Of a stretch of DNA of 64,000 bases, positions 37,321 to 49,734 are shown piece by piece. Position 1 is the first letter of the stretch, and every line of letters begins with the position of its first letter. This DNA is from the human T2T-CHM13v2.0 reference genome, Homo sapiens. The notes under the pieces were generated by a model, which was not told the origin of the DNA, searched no databases, and was given only the letters and a program-made list of their open reading frames with translations. Where the stretch lies: assembly GCF_009914755.1 (NCBI RefSeq), contig NC_060935.1. The stretch is one strand, 5' to 3'. The translations under genes and the position numbers were made by a program.

Positions 37321-37715
37321 CTGGAAGGGGCAGGAGAAAGGAACACCCCTGGCTCAGCCAAGCCCCCTCTTTCCCCAGGAGGTGTGGAAGCTTCAGAGCC
37401 AGGCAGAGAGGTCCTACTCTGAGCTCTGCCTGGCTGAAAGGGCCAAGTACTGATGACAGGGATTGGGGCAGGAGGGTCAGGTCTGCTAGGCTTGGCCTTG
37501 GACTGTGACAAGGGGCCAGGGTGTGAGACAACAGGGAGGGCAAGTGACCCTTCACACACCTGTATCCCTGCCCCAGAACTGTGGGGGCAAGCTCCCATAA
37601 GGCCTGAGAAGGAAGGCCCCTTGGCAGAGCAAAGGCTACCTGCCCCGGTCTGCCTCTGCAGCTGGCCATCCTGTAGCCAGTAGGGCCACACCTCACTCCT
37701 CCACCCTCCACTCAC

Positions 37716-37889
37716 CATCACAGCCCCTCTCCACCTGCCCAATGCGGTGCAGGGCGTCGGCGATGAGGTCTGGGAGACGTCCGTTGAGGTCCACTGAGGC
37801 CAGGCAGCCCTGAAAGCCATCCCGGGAGGCCACCAGCTTGGGCAGGTTGCTGAACATATTCTTGCTCAGACCGCCAATGTACAACTCCC
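37716..37889 (-). CDS. NRXN2: NRXN2 alpha exon, 174 nt: end of LNS5 ([10 protein letters not shown]...ERGCD)
   Basis: ttgcag|GG acceptor, ATG|gtgagt donor. Confidence 0.97.
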
Positions 37890-39429
37890 CTGCAAAGGGA
37901 GTGGGTCAACCAAGGCATCCAGGTCCCCATTCCCATCCCAAGACAATGGCATCTGGCTGTCAGGTCCTCCCAGCCTTCTCAGGTTCTCTGCGTTCCATCC
38001 CAGATTCCAGGTCCCTAACAGAGATCCAGAGACCTGCACAACCCGCACCCCCCCAACACACTTCTTCCTTCTCCACTTTGCCATCTGCCTGCTCCCCTCC
38101 CAGAGAAGCCCAGATGCCTGGGAGAGTGGGGGCTGGGGGACAGCTGGAGGAACCTGCTCTGTGCTCTCTCCCACACATTTGATTCCAGTTCCGGCCCGTA
38201 ATCAGGGCCTTTCATAGATGCGCAGCCCAATCCCGTCCACCCCCATTCCCTCCCTCCCAAAGTTTCCCATTCCCAGAACTCCTTCAAGCCTTTCCCAACT
38301 CTTGGGCTCTCTCCTAGGGAGTTCAAAGCCCAGCTCCCTTCCCCCAACAACTAGGGCTTGGCCTTGGGACTCTGGGAAGTTCTCCTCCGCAACACCTGAT
38401 CCCCTGCCACAGAGCCTAACTCCCTGGAATCCCTGGAAGCCCTAGCCAGCCCACAGCCGAGCTTCAGTCAAGACACTGGTCAGTCTGCTGCCCTGGCCAC
38501 GGGCTCAGTACAACACAAGACCCGCCAAGATAACCCCCGGGGTTTGGGGCCACTTTGGATTCTCTGTGACACATCGCCCCCTTCTGAGAACAAGGGGAAT
38601 TCACAGCACTATGTCAAGAGATCTGACAGATCTCAGATCTGAGGGAGTGGGGCAGTTAATTCCATGGTCTCTGAGGACCCTCCCCAAGCTCTGACAGTAT
38701 GAGGCAGGCTGATGCCCAGGGGTTCCTATGGGGCTGAGGGCTGCTTTGGGCATGTGCAAGAAAGTAGATCACATTGCCCTCAGTAGGCTCTGGAGAAGCT
38801 GCATCTTTCCTGTCCCAATGCTCAGGCCTTAGCTCACCCTCCTCCTCCCTGATCTCTCAGTCACCCATTCTGGGGGCAGGCAATGACTGCTTCAATGACC
38901 ACTGAAGAGGCCCTGGGGAATGTGGCACCCTGATGTGACCCTGAGCACACCAGGGAAGCCTAGGTCCAAAATGTCCCCAAGCTAGCCCAGCCGATGCCCA
39001 AGACAGGTGACTCGGGGACTCTAGCTCCTGCTACGTCCTCTGCCCCATAGCGTCTACCTCACCCAGGAGGATGCTAAGCTCCCTATTCTCACTCCAGCCC
39101 TCAACCAACATAGGCTTCTCAACCTTGGAGGCCCAGGAGGTCCTTGGAGGGCCTGGGTTACCTACTCCTAGCTCTGGAATGAGGCCACCAAGCACCCTGT
39201 GAGACGCATCCTGCAACCAGGCTTTCAGTGGTGACATGCAGACTCACAAGAGAGCCAAGCAGAACTTGGACAGGAAGATGTCAGGCTGGACATAGTGGAG
39301 ACAGGGAAAGAGAGGTGGAAACTGGGGGCAGGGAACCGAGGGAAGCAGCGTCGCAGGAATGGGGTGATCTCGCTGGGGTGAGGGGTATCTGGGCTAGGGC
39401 CAGGCCTTCTCCAGAGGCCCCAGCCCCAC

Positions 39430-39620
39430 CTTTGAGATCGAGGTTTCGGGCGCCATTGGAGTGCTGCGTGACAGTGCGGGAGTCAATCTTGAGCGTGTGC
39501 ACGTTGCCTGGGTCCCTGGACACCACCACGTTGTGCCACTGGTTGTCATTGACTGGTTTGTCTGAGTTCCCCTTCATCAAGGACGGGCCATTCCCCAGGT
39601 CAAACACGTAGTGGATGTAC
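39430..39620 (-). CDS. NRXN2: NRXN2 alpha exon, 191 nt: LNS5 ([11 protein letters not shown]...NLDLK)
   Basis: gggcag|GTAC acceptor, AAG|gtgggg donor; phase 2 to 1. Confidence 0.96.
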
Positions 39621-40236
39621 CTGCCCCACAGTAGGGAGGAGACACTGGGTCAGGGCGGGGGTGATGCTGGGAAGGTGGGGTGAGGAGGAGCTATGGCTGG
39701 CAGGGGTCCTAGGTGCCATGGGAAGAGGGATTGAAAGGGAGACCCCAGAGGAGAGCGACCAAAACCAACGGCAAGAGGGCTATGGTGTGAGGTCCTGTCA
39801 CGGGGAGAATGTAAGGAAGGAGGGCCACCAAGGAGCCGGCTCTTGTGACACAACCTCAGAAGAGGAGCTAGAGGGGAGAGGTTTGTGGGTCAGCAGGGTC
39901 CTCTGGAGGCAGGGACTGGGCTGCTCTGGAGTGGGGTCCCCTAAGGCAACGGAGGGGCAAGACTGACTTCTGCCTGTAGAGAAGGTGACAGTGGACAGAG
40001 AACAGATATAACAGGGAACTCTGGCAAGGAAGCAGCTGGGGAGTCAGCAGTGGAAGAGGGTGTGCTTCTCCATCTTGGCTGAAGAGGGAGCCTCTCGACT
40101 TACGGTCGGGGACCTGAATCTTGACTTGTGATCTGGGGGGATTGGACACCTCGGCCAGTAGCCAGGAGAGCTGTATGTGGTTCAGCAGGGGGAGGGGGCC
40201 ACCTCCTTGACAGCAGTGCAATCCCCAGCCCCTCAC

Positions 40237-40618
40237 CCCTTGACCAGCTCGATGACAATGAAGTCATTGCCGTTGCCCGAGTTGAACAGAAGAAGCCCAT
40301 CAGGGGCCGTGGTCTTGAACTGGAAGAAGAGGTGCATGGAAGCATAGGCTTGGAGCGTGGCGAGTGCCAGGTAGCTGCTGCGACTCTTGAAGGTGACGGG
40401 ATCGGCCACAATGGCACGCAGGCCAAAGCGAGCATTGAGCTCACAGTAGGTGATGTCACCATCCTTGCACTGGTCCATGTAGGGCTGGCCATTGAACACG
40501 AGCCCACTCAGATGCCCGATGAAGTTGGAGGGCACCACGGAGATAAACCGCCGCTCCGTCATGATGCCCGTCTCAATGTTGTGGAACTCCAGCCGCATAT
40601 GGGCTCCTGCCATCTGTC
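40237..40618 (-). CDS. NRXN2: NRXN2 alpha exon, 382 nt: LNS4 end and LNS5 start ([11 protein letters not shown]...IELVKG)
   Basis: gagcag|GA acceptor, GGG|gtgagg donor; phase 1 to 2. Confidence 0.97.
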
Positions 40619-41016
40619 CTGCTCAGGACAGGAGACCAAGATGAGGGGGATGGCTTTGGGGCAGGGCTGGGGCTTGGGTTCCCAGGAGCCTCCCCTCCAC
40701 AGGAGGGCCACCCATGAGTGACATCTTTAGAGATGTCCTCGGCTAGGCACTAGCAGCCAGCACAGCTCCAAGAGGAGTGGCAGGACTCGCCAGTCAAGAG
40801 CCAACAGGCTGCCAGGGGAATGCTGCCTACAGGGAGTTGAAATCGTTCCTGGGGTCCAGATGCCCATAACATTCCACCCCTGAAGGAGAAATGGCAGAGG
40901 CAGCTTGCCAGAACACTGCCCTAGGAATGGCAGCCCAGGCAGTAGTCACCAAGTAGAACAGGGCCAAGCATAGGTCACTGGAGATGTGTCCACCTCCCTG
41001 GGCCCAGACCACCTAC

Positions 41017-41136
41017 CCTCCACAGTCACGTTGTCCACAGACAGCTGCAGGCTCTTGCCACGCCGGACCACCCTCACCGTGTGCCACTCATTGTCATTGA
41101 GCTTGTGCCCCGCAAACAGCGTTTCGGGGCCTTTAC
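41017..41136 (-). CDS. NRXN2: NRXN2 alpha exon, 120 nt: LNS4 ([18 protein letters not shown]...VTVE)
   Basis: ccgcag|GTAAAG acceptor, AGG|gtaggt donor. Confidence 0.97.
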
Positions 41137-42677
41137 CTGCGGCACCAAGGGGGGAATGAGGAGGGCACCTATACATGCTCATAGGTGACTTCCTATATCA
41201 CCTTGGATACACAGACAGCCTCCCCATCCCCGCACATGCCACACATGAACACATACATGACCAGTGGCTCATATTTGGCCACGCAACACACCCATGAATA
41301 CAAGTACACACACTTATAGCCTCCCATCACACCTGGAGTCCATGCACACGCAGAGCTTTTATACCCCAGTCATACATCCACTCTCAGGACTGCCCTTTGT
41401 GTGACTTTAGGAGGTGCCATGCACATAGAATATTAAGTGAATGGTGCCTCTGGAGTTGTACCCTGAGGCCCTGCACACAGACACCCACACCTATGACCAA
41501 CATACTCTTCCCCCAGATTCCTAAGGGCCTTCAGTGAGTGTGGCCAGAAGCTATATTCCCAGGGTGTAAACACAGACCTAAAACTTTCAAAACTTCACAC
41601 AGTACCCAAATGTAAATGCGAGCCCACAGCTTCGGCCTCTGTTACACAGACACCAGCTCCTCCATCTACAATGGGACCCGATGGGACCTTTCTACATACA
41701 CATGCCTGGTTAACGTCACACACCAAGTCACGCCACCACACGTACTGCCCATAAATATGCAGGATGGCCAGAGAGGGGAAGGTTCTGTTTCTTAGGAACT
41801 ATGGCCATTTACTCAAGACCAGGATTATCAGCTTCCAGAGTCTAAAACAAAACATACTTATCTTTCAAATGCTGCTGGACTTTGCAGCACTCCCTGGTCA
41901 TCCCTGCCCCCCCACCCCGAGGGCTCCAGCACGCACACAGCATGCCACACACACATGAAGAGCAGGGCGCCCAGCACACACAGTCTCTCTGCCTGGGCCT
42001 ACCACGTGCATGTGCTCCCCCATGTGACCCCAAGCCACACCATGCAGAAACACCCTGAGACACAGCATTGAGCCCAGGCGCACTGGGATGTCTGGAGATG
42101 TCCACCTGCTCACTCTCCATCTCACCCCTGCTGAGAGCCCTCACTGTCACCATAGAAGGAGCCCCCATTTGGCAGAAACTCACCCCAGCTAACACAGGAG
42201 CTGAAGAGGGCTCCCTTCCCACCCTCATCCTCTTTCCCGCATCCCTCGCCTTCCCCCTTGTGGCCAATTCTGGAGATGCAGCAGCGTATTCCAGCCCCTC
42301 TCAGGCTCCTCCCTGCCAGTCCATAGGACCACAGGTGCTACCCAAGACTCTGCCCCAGCCCTTGATTTCTACCTCCTCCCCACCCTCCTGCTGACTTGGG
42401 TAAAGGGTGTCCTTGTCTCTCCCTTCCTAGACCCAGTGAACATCCTGACTGCAGGCCCTCCCCCAGCTCTCCTTGGCTCTGCTTCATTTGGTCCCTCCTG
42501 CCTTCCACAACCACCCAACCTCACCCTCCTGCCTGCACCCCTCCCCACACTCAAGGCCCAACCCCCATTCGAGCCAGCAATCACGGCTTCTCTTCCTCCC
42601 AGCCTCCCTCCCTAAATCCCAGCGTCCAGCATCCCAGTCCCCTTGGGTCTCTGCAGAAGAAGAGGGAAGCCACTTAC

Positions 42678-42704
42678 TGGGTGCGCAGCCGACGCGCAGG
42701 CAGT
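42678..42704 (-). CDS. NRXN2: NRXN2 SS3 microexon, 27 nt: DCLRVGCAP(S)
   Basis: ccccag|AC acceptor, CCA|gtaagt donor; symmetric phase 1; pyrimidine tract with UGC about 22 nt upstream. Confidence 0.96.
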
Positions 42705-45366
42705 CTGGGGGGGCCATGGGGCGGGCAGAGGGGAAGGGGAGACAAAAAGGTAAAACAAGTTTTTTTTTTTTTTACATCCTTCACAGGGAGGGGTGTCTGC
42801 GGGCGGGGTTCCCCCCAGGGCCACTTTCCGGGGACCACGCGTGCCCAGGTGCCCTCTTCCCTTCCTCAGTTGGACCCCTGTCCCTCCTGCCCCCAAGAGG
42901 GCTCCAACCCTCCCCAGAGCTGGAAGGCAGGGCAGTCAGATGATGGGAAGAGGGCTTGTGGCCCCCTTCTTAGAGGGTACCAGGCCTCTAGTGTCTGAGG
43001 GAGACGGGCACCTTGGGAATCCCAGTCGTACAGGGGATCAATGGGGGCCGAGGGCTTGACCAACCCCACATCTCCCCTGTCTCTGGGAGGGAGATGGGTG
43101 GGGAGAGCCAGAATCCCTGCATCCCCTGCTCTGGGACGACTCCCTCCTCAGAGCCCAGGTGTGACTTGTCACTCCCTGTTCCCCTCTGGGCTCTGAGCTA
43201 AATGGAGGGGTCTGCCCCAGGGCCCCCTTCCCGAGGCCATACACCTCCCAAAGCCCCAGTGGCTAGTACCACCCCTACAGGAACCTTCCTTCCACCCTTT
43301 CCAATCCTGGGAAATGCCAGGCTGCTACTGGGGATAGATCATGGGAGTCCTTCACCCTGAAGAGGACCTAGTATTAACCTGCTTTCCTAGTCAGAGGAGC
43401 CAAGGCCTCACAGATAGAGACAGTGCAGCCCCCAAAATATGATTTCTCTGAGAACACAAAGCAGTTGGGGACAAGCAGCCACCATAAGCAAAGTTTCCTG
43501 CCCCTGCCCCAGTCCGGTCCTGGCATTGCTATCCTCTGATTTCAGGACTGGGAAGGCCCCGTGTGGCTACACAGAGCCAGCAGCCCAGGGCCCTGAAGCC
43601 TCTGGCCATCCCTCTGGTTAGACACACCACCCAAAGGTGGGAGCCAGTCAGGTCTTGCAGAGGGAACAGTGGACCAGGGTCCTATGAAGTCCAGATTTAA
43701 GGCCTTTAGGATGTCTGCACCACTCCATCAAACGCCAAGCCTGACGCAGCCCAAGGGAGGGGACTGGCTGGAGCTGCAGAAATCCTTTACTGGGAAGCAA
43801 GGGAGCTGGGTCCTCATCTCCACCCTAACACTCACTAACTCACTGTGTGACCCTGGGCAAAGCACTTCTCTCCATGCCTCAGCTTCCCTCCATGTGAGCT
43901 GAGGGAATGGATAACAGTAGGATCCTGAGCAGGAAGTAGGCAGCAGGTAGACACTGGGTTGGCTTTGCCTTTCAGAGAGGGGCAGTCTCCCGGCCCTCGA
44001 TTGACAGGCCCAATACCCTGGCCTCCTGTCGCTCCACCCCAAATAGGCTCTGCCTACCCCACAGCCCAGGAAGCAAAGGGGGTGGGCAGCTGCATCCCCT
44101 GGGCCCCTGAAGGTTCCTGCAGTGGAGGTAAACTGATGCCCCTGTGGCTTTGAGGGCCACGGCCCTTCGGCAGTACAGCTGAGCTCCACACGCGTTGTCA
44201 ACCGCAGCAGAAGAGTGGAGGCGAGCAGCCAGGACCCTGGGCCACAGCCTGGCACCAAGGGAGGAGCAGAGGAGCAGAAAAAGGTCAAAAGGCAGACACA
44301 GAGGGAAGTGAGAAGTCTCAGTGAGAGGAATGAGGTAGAGAGAGTGCAGAGAGAAAAGAGGAAGAAAACGGAGCAGAGGAAGGAGCGGCTGCACAGAGGG
44401 GACAGGGGAGGCTGGACAGAAGAGGAAGGGGAGGACTGTTAGGGTGAGGGTAGAAGGGTGCCAGGCCCTGGAGTCAGGTCACGGGGGCTCTCTCGGGGCC
44501 AGCAGAGTCTTCACCAATGAAGGGTCCAAAAAAAGAAAAAAAGGGAGGCTGGATGGGCAAGCAGGTCCCCTACTGGGGAAAAGACCCAAAGAAGGAGCTT
44601 GATTCTTCTCCTTCCCCAGCAAGGGAGCACCAGGAATGGGGGGTCCATCTGTCCAGAGAAGAGGTGTCAGCTCCAGGCCCACCCCTGCAGAGACTCCACC
44701 CTCAGAAACACAGGCTCCAGTAGGGTTTGCAAGAGCAAACGACTTGAAGATGGGCACCCAGAGGGAAGCCAGCCCCATCCAGAAGAAAGCCAGAGACTGA
44801 GAGTGAGCAGGAGAAACCCAGCCTCTTCAACATACACATTCACCAAAGTTCAGGGGGCACTAACTAGTAACCTGTTAACTAGTGACCTGTGCCTCAAGTG
44901 CAGGGAATAGGCAGAAGTGAGTGGTCTTCGTGGCACAGACCCACGAAGGCCCTGGCTGGACAGAGAGAGCAGGGTCGTAGTATGAACACGTGTTGGGGAG
45001 GTAAGACAAAGCAGTCTGCATGGAAAGGAACTCAGGGGAAAGAACACTGGCTTCCCAGCCCTGCCTCACCTGGGTTCCTTCCCCGCCCAGGCCCTGTGGG
45101 TTGGAGACAGTGGGCCCAAGGCTCCCAGGCATCTGTCTCAGAAGTGACATCACAGAGTGGCAGCATGCACTCTGTCATAGCCCTCCTTCAGAGCTGGCTC
45201 CCAGCAGCCCCCCTGATAATTACTGATCAGCCTCAGGTGGAAAGGCAATGTACCCTCCCATGGCCCCAGGGATTAAAGGGCTTTGGGATACAATGTGTAT
45301 TTAGCCTGATTTAAAACACAAACGGGAGTTAGATTTCTCCGTTTGATTCCAGGGGGCAGAACTAAC

Positions 45367-45412
45367 GGGAATTTCACAATAAGTGGGAATTTCACAATAA
45401 GTGGGAATTTCA
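45367..45412. repeat. 18-bp tandem repeat x2.5 (GGGAATTTCACAATAAGT)
   Basis: Direct reading. Confidence 0.9.
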
Positions 45413-45532
45413 GAAGGGCAGGGTGACACTAAGAAAGAACCACTCAATGATCAGAATGGATCTTGGAGGTGGGAGGTAGAAGGCCTCCCACTGGTAGGGA
45501 GTGTATGGGTGATTCATGGGGTGGGGAGGGAT

Positions 45533-46354
45533 GCTGAAGGAGGTAACCCCCTTGCAGCTCAGAGATTCTTTAATTACACCACACCCTTCAGGTCAGCTGC
45601 ACTGACAGCTGGGACCCCAGGGGCACACCTAGTAGAGGACAGTGCCCAGCCTGGCCTGTCCTCTCCTCCCCTCCAGGGAGGGGCCCAGGCCATGCTGGGA
45701 TAGGGCAAAGAATCCAGGGGACTCTACCATCCTCTAGGGACAGAGATCAACTCCCCAACTCAGGGGCTGCAGACAGCAGAGCTCAAGGAACTTGCTCAGT
45801 GTTTGCAAACATAGTGGGGGCTGGGAAGCTGCAGCAGGAGGCACGATAAGTTCCTTAGGATCCTCTGCCTGGAAAGAGGCAGCAGTGCCTTTTTGTCCCT
45901 CTCTTATCTAGCAAATATCCCATCTCTTGAGGCTAGCACTAAGCGATCCCACCTAGTGGTCACCCGCAGCCTCCGCTCCCTCTTCAGGCCCAGCCTGGGG
46001 CCTGTTTCAATCCACTGAGTGCCTGTGGAGCTGCAGAGCTGCCTCCTGGAGCAATAGCTTCCCTCTACAGGATAAGATCATGAGGCCAGAGACCAAGCCT
46101 CACCAGGCTTCTCTCTCTTCCCCAGTAGTGAGTCCAGCCCAGGCCTGGGGCCTTGGTGTTGCTGCCGGTCTGTGAGGCCCTGCAAGTCCTGGGGAGCAAG
46201 AAATGGGGGACAGGAATGGGGCTCTTGAAGTGATTCACGTGGGCCAGGAGGCTGAAGGAGGTGACGCCTTGTGGTTCAGAGATTCTTTACACTGCACTTT
46301 TCCCATCAGCTGCACTGACAGCTGGGACCCCATGGGCACACCTAGTAGAGGACA
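45533..46354. repeat. Local direct duplication (~105 bp; 45533-45641 and 46251-46354; 49-bp core 48/49 identical)
   Basis: Aligned by hand. Confidence 0.9.
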
Positions 46355-47726
46355 ACTCCAGTCTGTCCATGCTATGTGGAAGTGGCCCCCAGGCCTGGCT
46401 CCAAACTCAAGTCTCTATTCCAATATGGTTTTGTTTTCCTTCAAGAAGGCTGGGTGGGTCTCTACTATGGGTCTTGCATCTACACAATGGTTTCAATGGT
46501 TTCATTCCCATTCTTCCATCTGAGCCTCAAAACCACCACAGACGTAGGCAGAGTGAAGATTCTTATCTCCATTTTAAAGATTAAAAAAAAGAGAGAGAGA
46601 CTCAGAGATGGGAAATGACTTACCCAACAGTAAAAGATACCAAAGTTAGGCCCCAGGTCTTCTGGCCCGGAGCCCAGAACTCTTCCCATCCCAACCCAAG
46701 GCTTGGTGGCTGGGTAGGGGCCACCTGCGTGTCCACAGTGCCTACAGAGGAGGAATCTGTAGACGGATGCATTTGCACCAAGCCTTTGGTCACAGATTGT
46801 CAGGAGTCATGCTAGAGATGGCATCTCAGCACACACATGTCTACAGATGGGGGCAGGGGCACAGCCAGGAGTAAGAAATGGGTGGGAGGAGAGTCCTGTT
46901 ATCTGTCAGTCTGGGAAGCCTATTCTTAACATGATGTGTCTTCCAAGAGGCCACCTTGTTATCTGACTTCTGAGCACTTATGTGGCACAGACAGAAAAGT
47001 GTGCCCATGGAGAGGAGAGGGTGGGTCCCAAGGGCCCACAGGATAGGTTTTCCTGACCAAGGACATTGTTTCCTGTCTAATCTTAAGAGACACAATCTTC
47101 TTCCCAGGGGCCTAGGACAGTCCAAATAAGCAAAATGCATCTGCCTTCCCTGCAGATCCAAGGCCCCAGATTTTTCCTGCTGTGTCCCCAGCAAGCACAG
47201 AGACATGTGTTTAGATGCAGACAACACACATATGCCCAGGCAAAGTAGGGGGGAACTCACACTGGATACACAAATCTGGGCAGACTTGGAAGTACAGAGC
47301 CACTTATGGGGTCCTTGGCTGGGGCTATCCTCTTGTGACAGTTTCAGGGATGCAAGGGAGCATTGTGCAGACTTGTGGAGCATTGACTAGAGTGTCTCCC
47401 AGCCTGCTTTCCCCTGCAGAGCTGCTGCACACCACCCGCTCTACAGGCTGTGATCGTGGTTAGAAACAGAGCTGAGGGGAACCCTTCAAACAACTCTGAG
47501 GCCCTGGCCACCTGCATATCTCCCCACCTCCAGTCCCCACCTCTCTCAGCAAATCTTTGTCCTAGGAATACAAAGGCCAGGTGGCCAAAAGGGGAAAAGG
47601 AAAGAACATAGTATAAATACATTTACAAGGCAATGGGTCCCCCAAAGGCCACAGTCTGTCCCACAAATGCCCCGGAGACCAATGTTAGGATGAGACTCCA
47701 GATGAGTATTTAAAAGTTCAAAGTTC

Positions 47727-48020
47727 AGCCAGGCACAGTGGCTCATGCCTGTAATCCCAGCACTTTGGGAGGCCGAGGCGGGTGGATCACGAGGCCAGGA
47801 GATCAAGACCAGCGTGGCCAAGATGGTGAAACCCCATCTCTACTAAAAATACAAAAATTAGCCAGGCGTGGTGGCGGGTGCCTGTAATCCCAGCTACTCG
47901 GGAGGCTGAGGCAGAGAATCACATGAACCCGGGAGGCAGAGGTTGCAGTGAGCCCAGATCACGCCACTGCACTCCCACCTGGGTGAAAGAGCGAGACTCC
48001 ATCTCAAAAAACAAAAAAAA
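47727..48020 (+). mobile_element. Alu (S-family)
   Basis: Full dimer with A-tail and degenerate TSD. Confidence 0.95.
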
Positions 48021-49313
48021 TGGTCAAAGCTCTGTATTCTCTCCAGTCGAGGATTCTAACCTGCTCAGAAGAGCCCTGCTTCCCCTCTAGGTCCAGGATA
48101 CAACAAGTGACCCTGATGACCTGCAAGCTTCCTATACGGCTGGTGCTACACCTTTATAAGCTTCTAGAGGCCAGTCTGAAATGGACAGATTTGACCTCAG
48201 CCTGAACAGCTTAGGACCTCTCATTCCCAGGGTTCCCCTGCTCTGAAAGCTCCAAAGGGGTGGGGACTGCTTATTCACTGCTGTAGCCCCTGGCTTGAAC
48301 ATACCTAGCATTTATATGGTGTCCCATAAATAGCTGAATGAGTGAACCTGCTGTTTTCTTTTTGCCCTGACTAGGAGAGCTGAAGCCCGTGAGAAGAACC
48401 TAACAGGCTCATGGTCTGGCCCTCATGGACACCCCGGGGACCACCAGGTGAAGTGGAGTCAAGGCCTGCTCTCAACCCTGGGCATGGGTGGAGACATGAG
48501 TCAGCATGAGTGGCCTGAGGGGGAGGGTCAGCAGCCCTGTCCGAGGCAATGGGAAAAGCACTGAATTTTAAGGCAAATGGCCCAGGTTGAGTCCTGGCTC
48601 CTCCCTCTGCCTTCACTAGTTTTGTAATGTTGAACAAGTCAATACATGAATTTCATAATCTATAAAACAGGGACAGTAATGCTTGTTTGGTGATCTAGTG
48701 TCTTCACAGGACAGCCATGAGGCTCAAATGTGAAAGCTCATGGCACTAGAAACGGGAAGATGGCACGTCTGTGTGTCCAGTGTACACACATGCACCTCCA
48801 CACACCAACACACAGACTGCTGTTTAGACTGAGCAGAGCAGTGGGGGGCAGCTGCGTGCATGGACCAGGCCTTCCTCATCTCTGTATCTGCCACCACACT
48901 GAGCTCAGGCTTAGCACCCACTAGGCGTCAGCAAGTGCTTCTCAAATGAATGAACCAATGAATGAGCAAGTGGATGAGCCATTGACCAAAAATGAGCTGT
49001 GTCATCTGTGTGTGTGCAGGACAGATGCTACCAAGATCCACATGAGTCACCAGGGAGGACAGTTAGCATACCCCAGATACTCTGGGTCTTGCCCCTCACA
49101 GTGTCGTCGAGCATGGAATGTCGCCCTACACTGTGCGTCCTCACCAGGGACAGAGCTCTCAGGGTCTCTGACCCAGGCTGGCACCTCCCCACCTCCAAAC
49201 TCTGCTGAGGGCACCTCTTGCTGGTGCCACCACCAGCTTCTCCAGACAGAGGCAGGTGTGGGTCAGAGACAAGGCCAGGTGAGGGGTCAGGAAGCACAGG
49301 GCAGGGTGGTTAC

Positions 49314-49517
49314 CGAGGTTGACAGTGAGCTTCATCTGCCCCCCATCCAGCTCCAGGCGTAGGGTGTCGGCAGACTCCCTGGAAGTGGTGGCCATCATGA
49401 GTCCGTAGGCCCGCTGGGACATGAAACGCAGGGACACATCCTCTGCCTCCGTGTGCATGGCGTTAGGCAGCATGATCTTCATGTACATGGAGCCATCGTA
49501 GCTCAGGACCGTGGCCT
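49314..49517 (-). CDS. NRXN2: NRXN2 alpha exon, 204 nt: LNS4 start ([12 protein letters not shown]...LTVNL)
   Basis: gggcag|AG acceptor, TCG|gtaacc donor; phase 1-1. Confidence 0.97.
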
Positions 49518-49734
49518 CTGCCCACAGGAGTTGGGGAAGAGGGAAGGAGAAGACAGGCAGAGGCCAGGGGAGGGAGAAGACCAGAGAATCATTACAAGGG
49601 CGAAAAGCCTAGGGCAGGTCTATGAGGGGTTCCCCTAGGAGGAGGTGGCACAGGGATGGAAAGTAGGAGTCACCCTGAGAAGGAGGAGCACAGGGATAGG
49701 GAGCAGGGACACCTAGGATGAAGACCAGCCTCAC

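Noticed and set aside
37640-37670. Possible SS6-like microexon between LNS5 and EGF3
   Set aside because: 31 nt (frameshifting) and only 45 nt from the upstream donor, too short for an intron.
35380-48660. Antisense lncRNA overlapping NRXN2
   Set aside because: I recall an annotated antisense transcript roughly here, but cannot define its exons from sequence alone.
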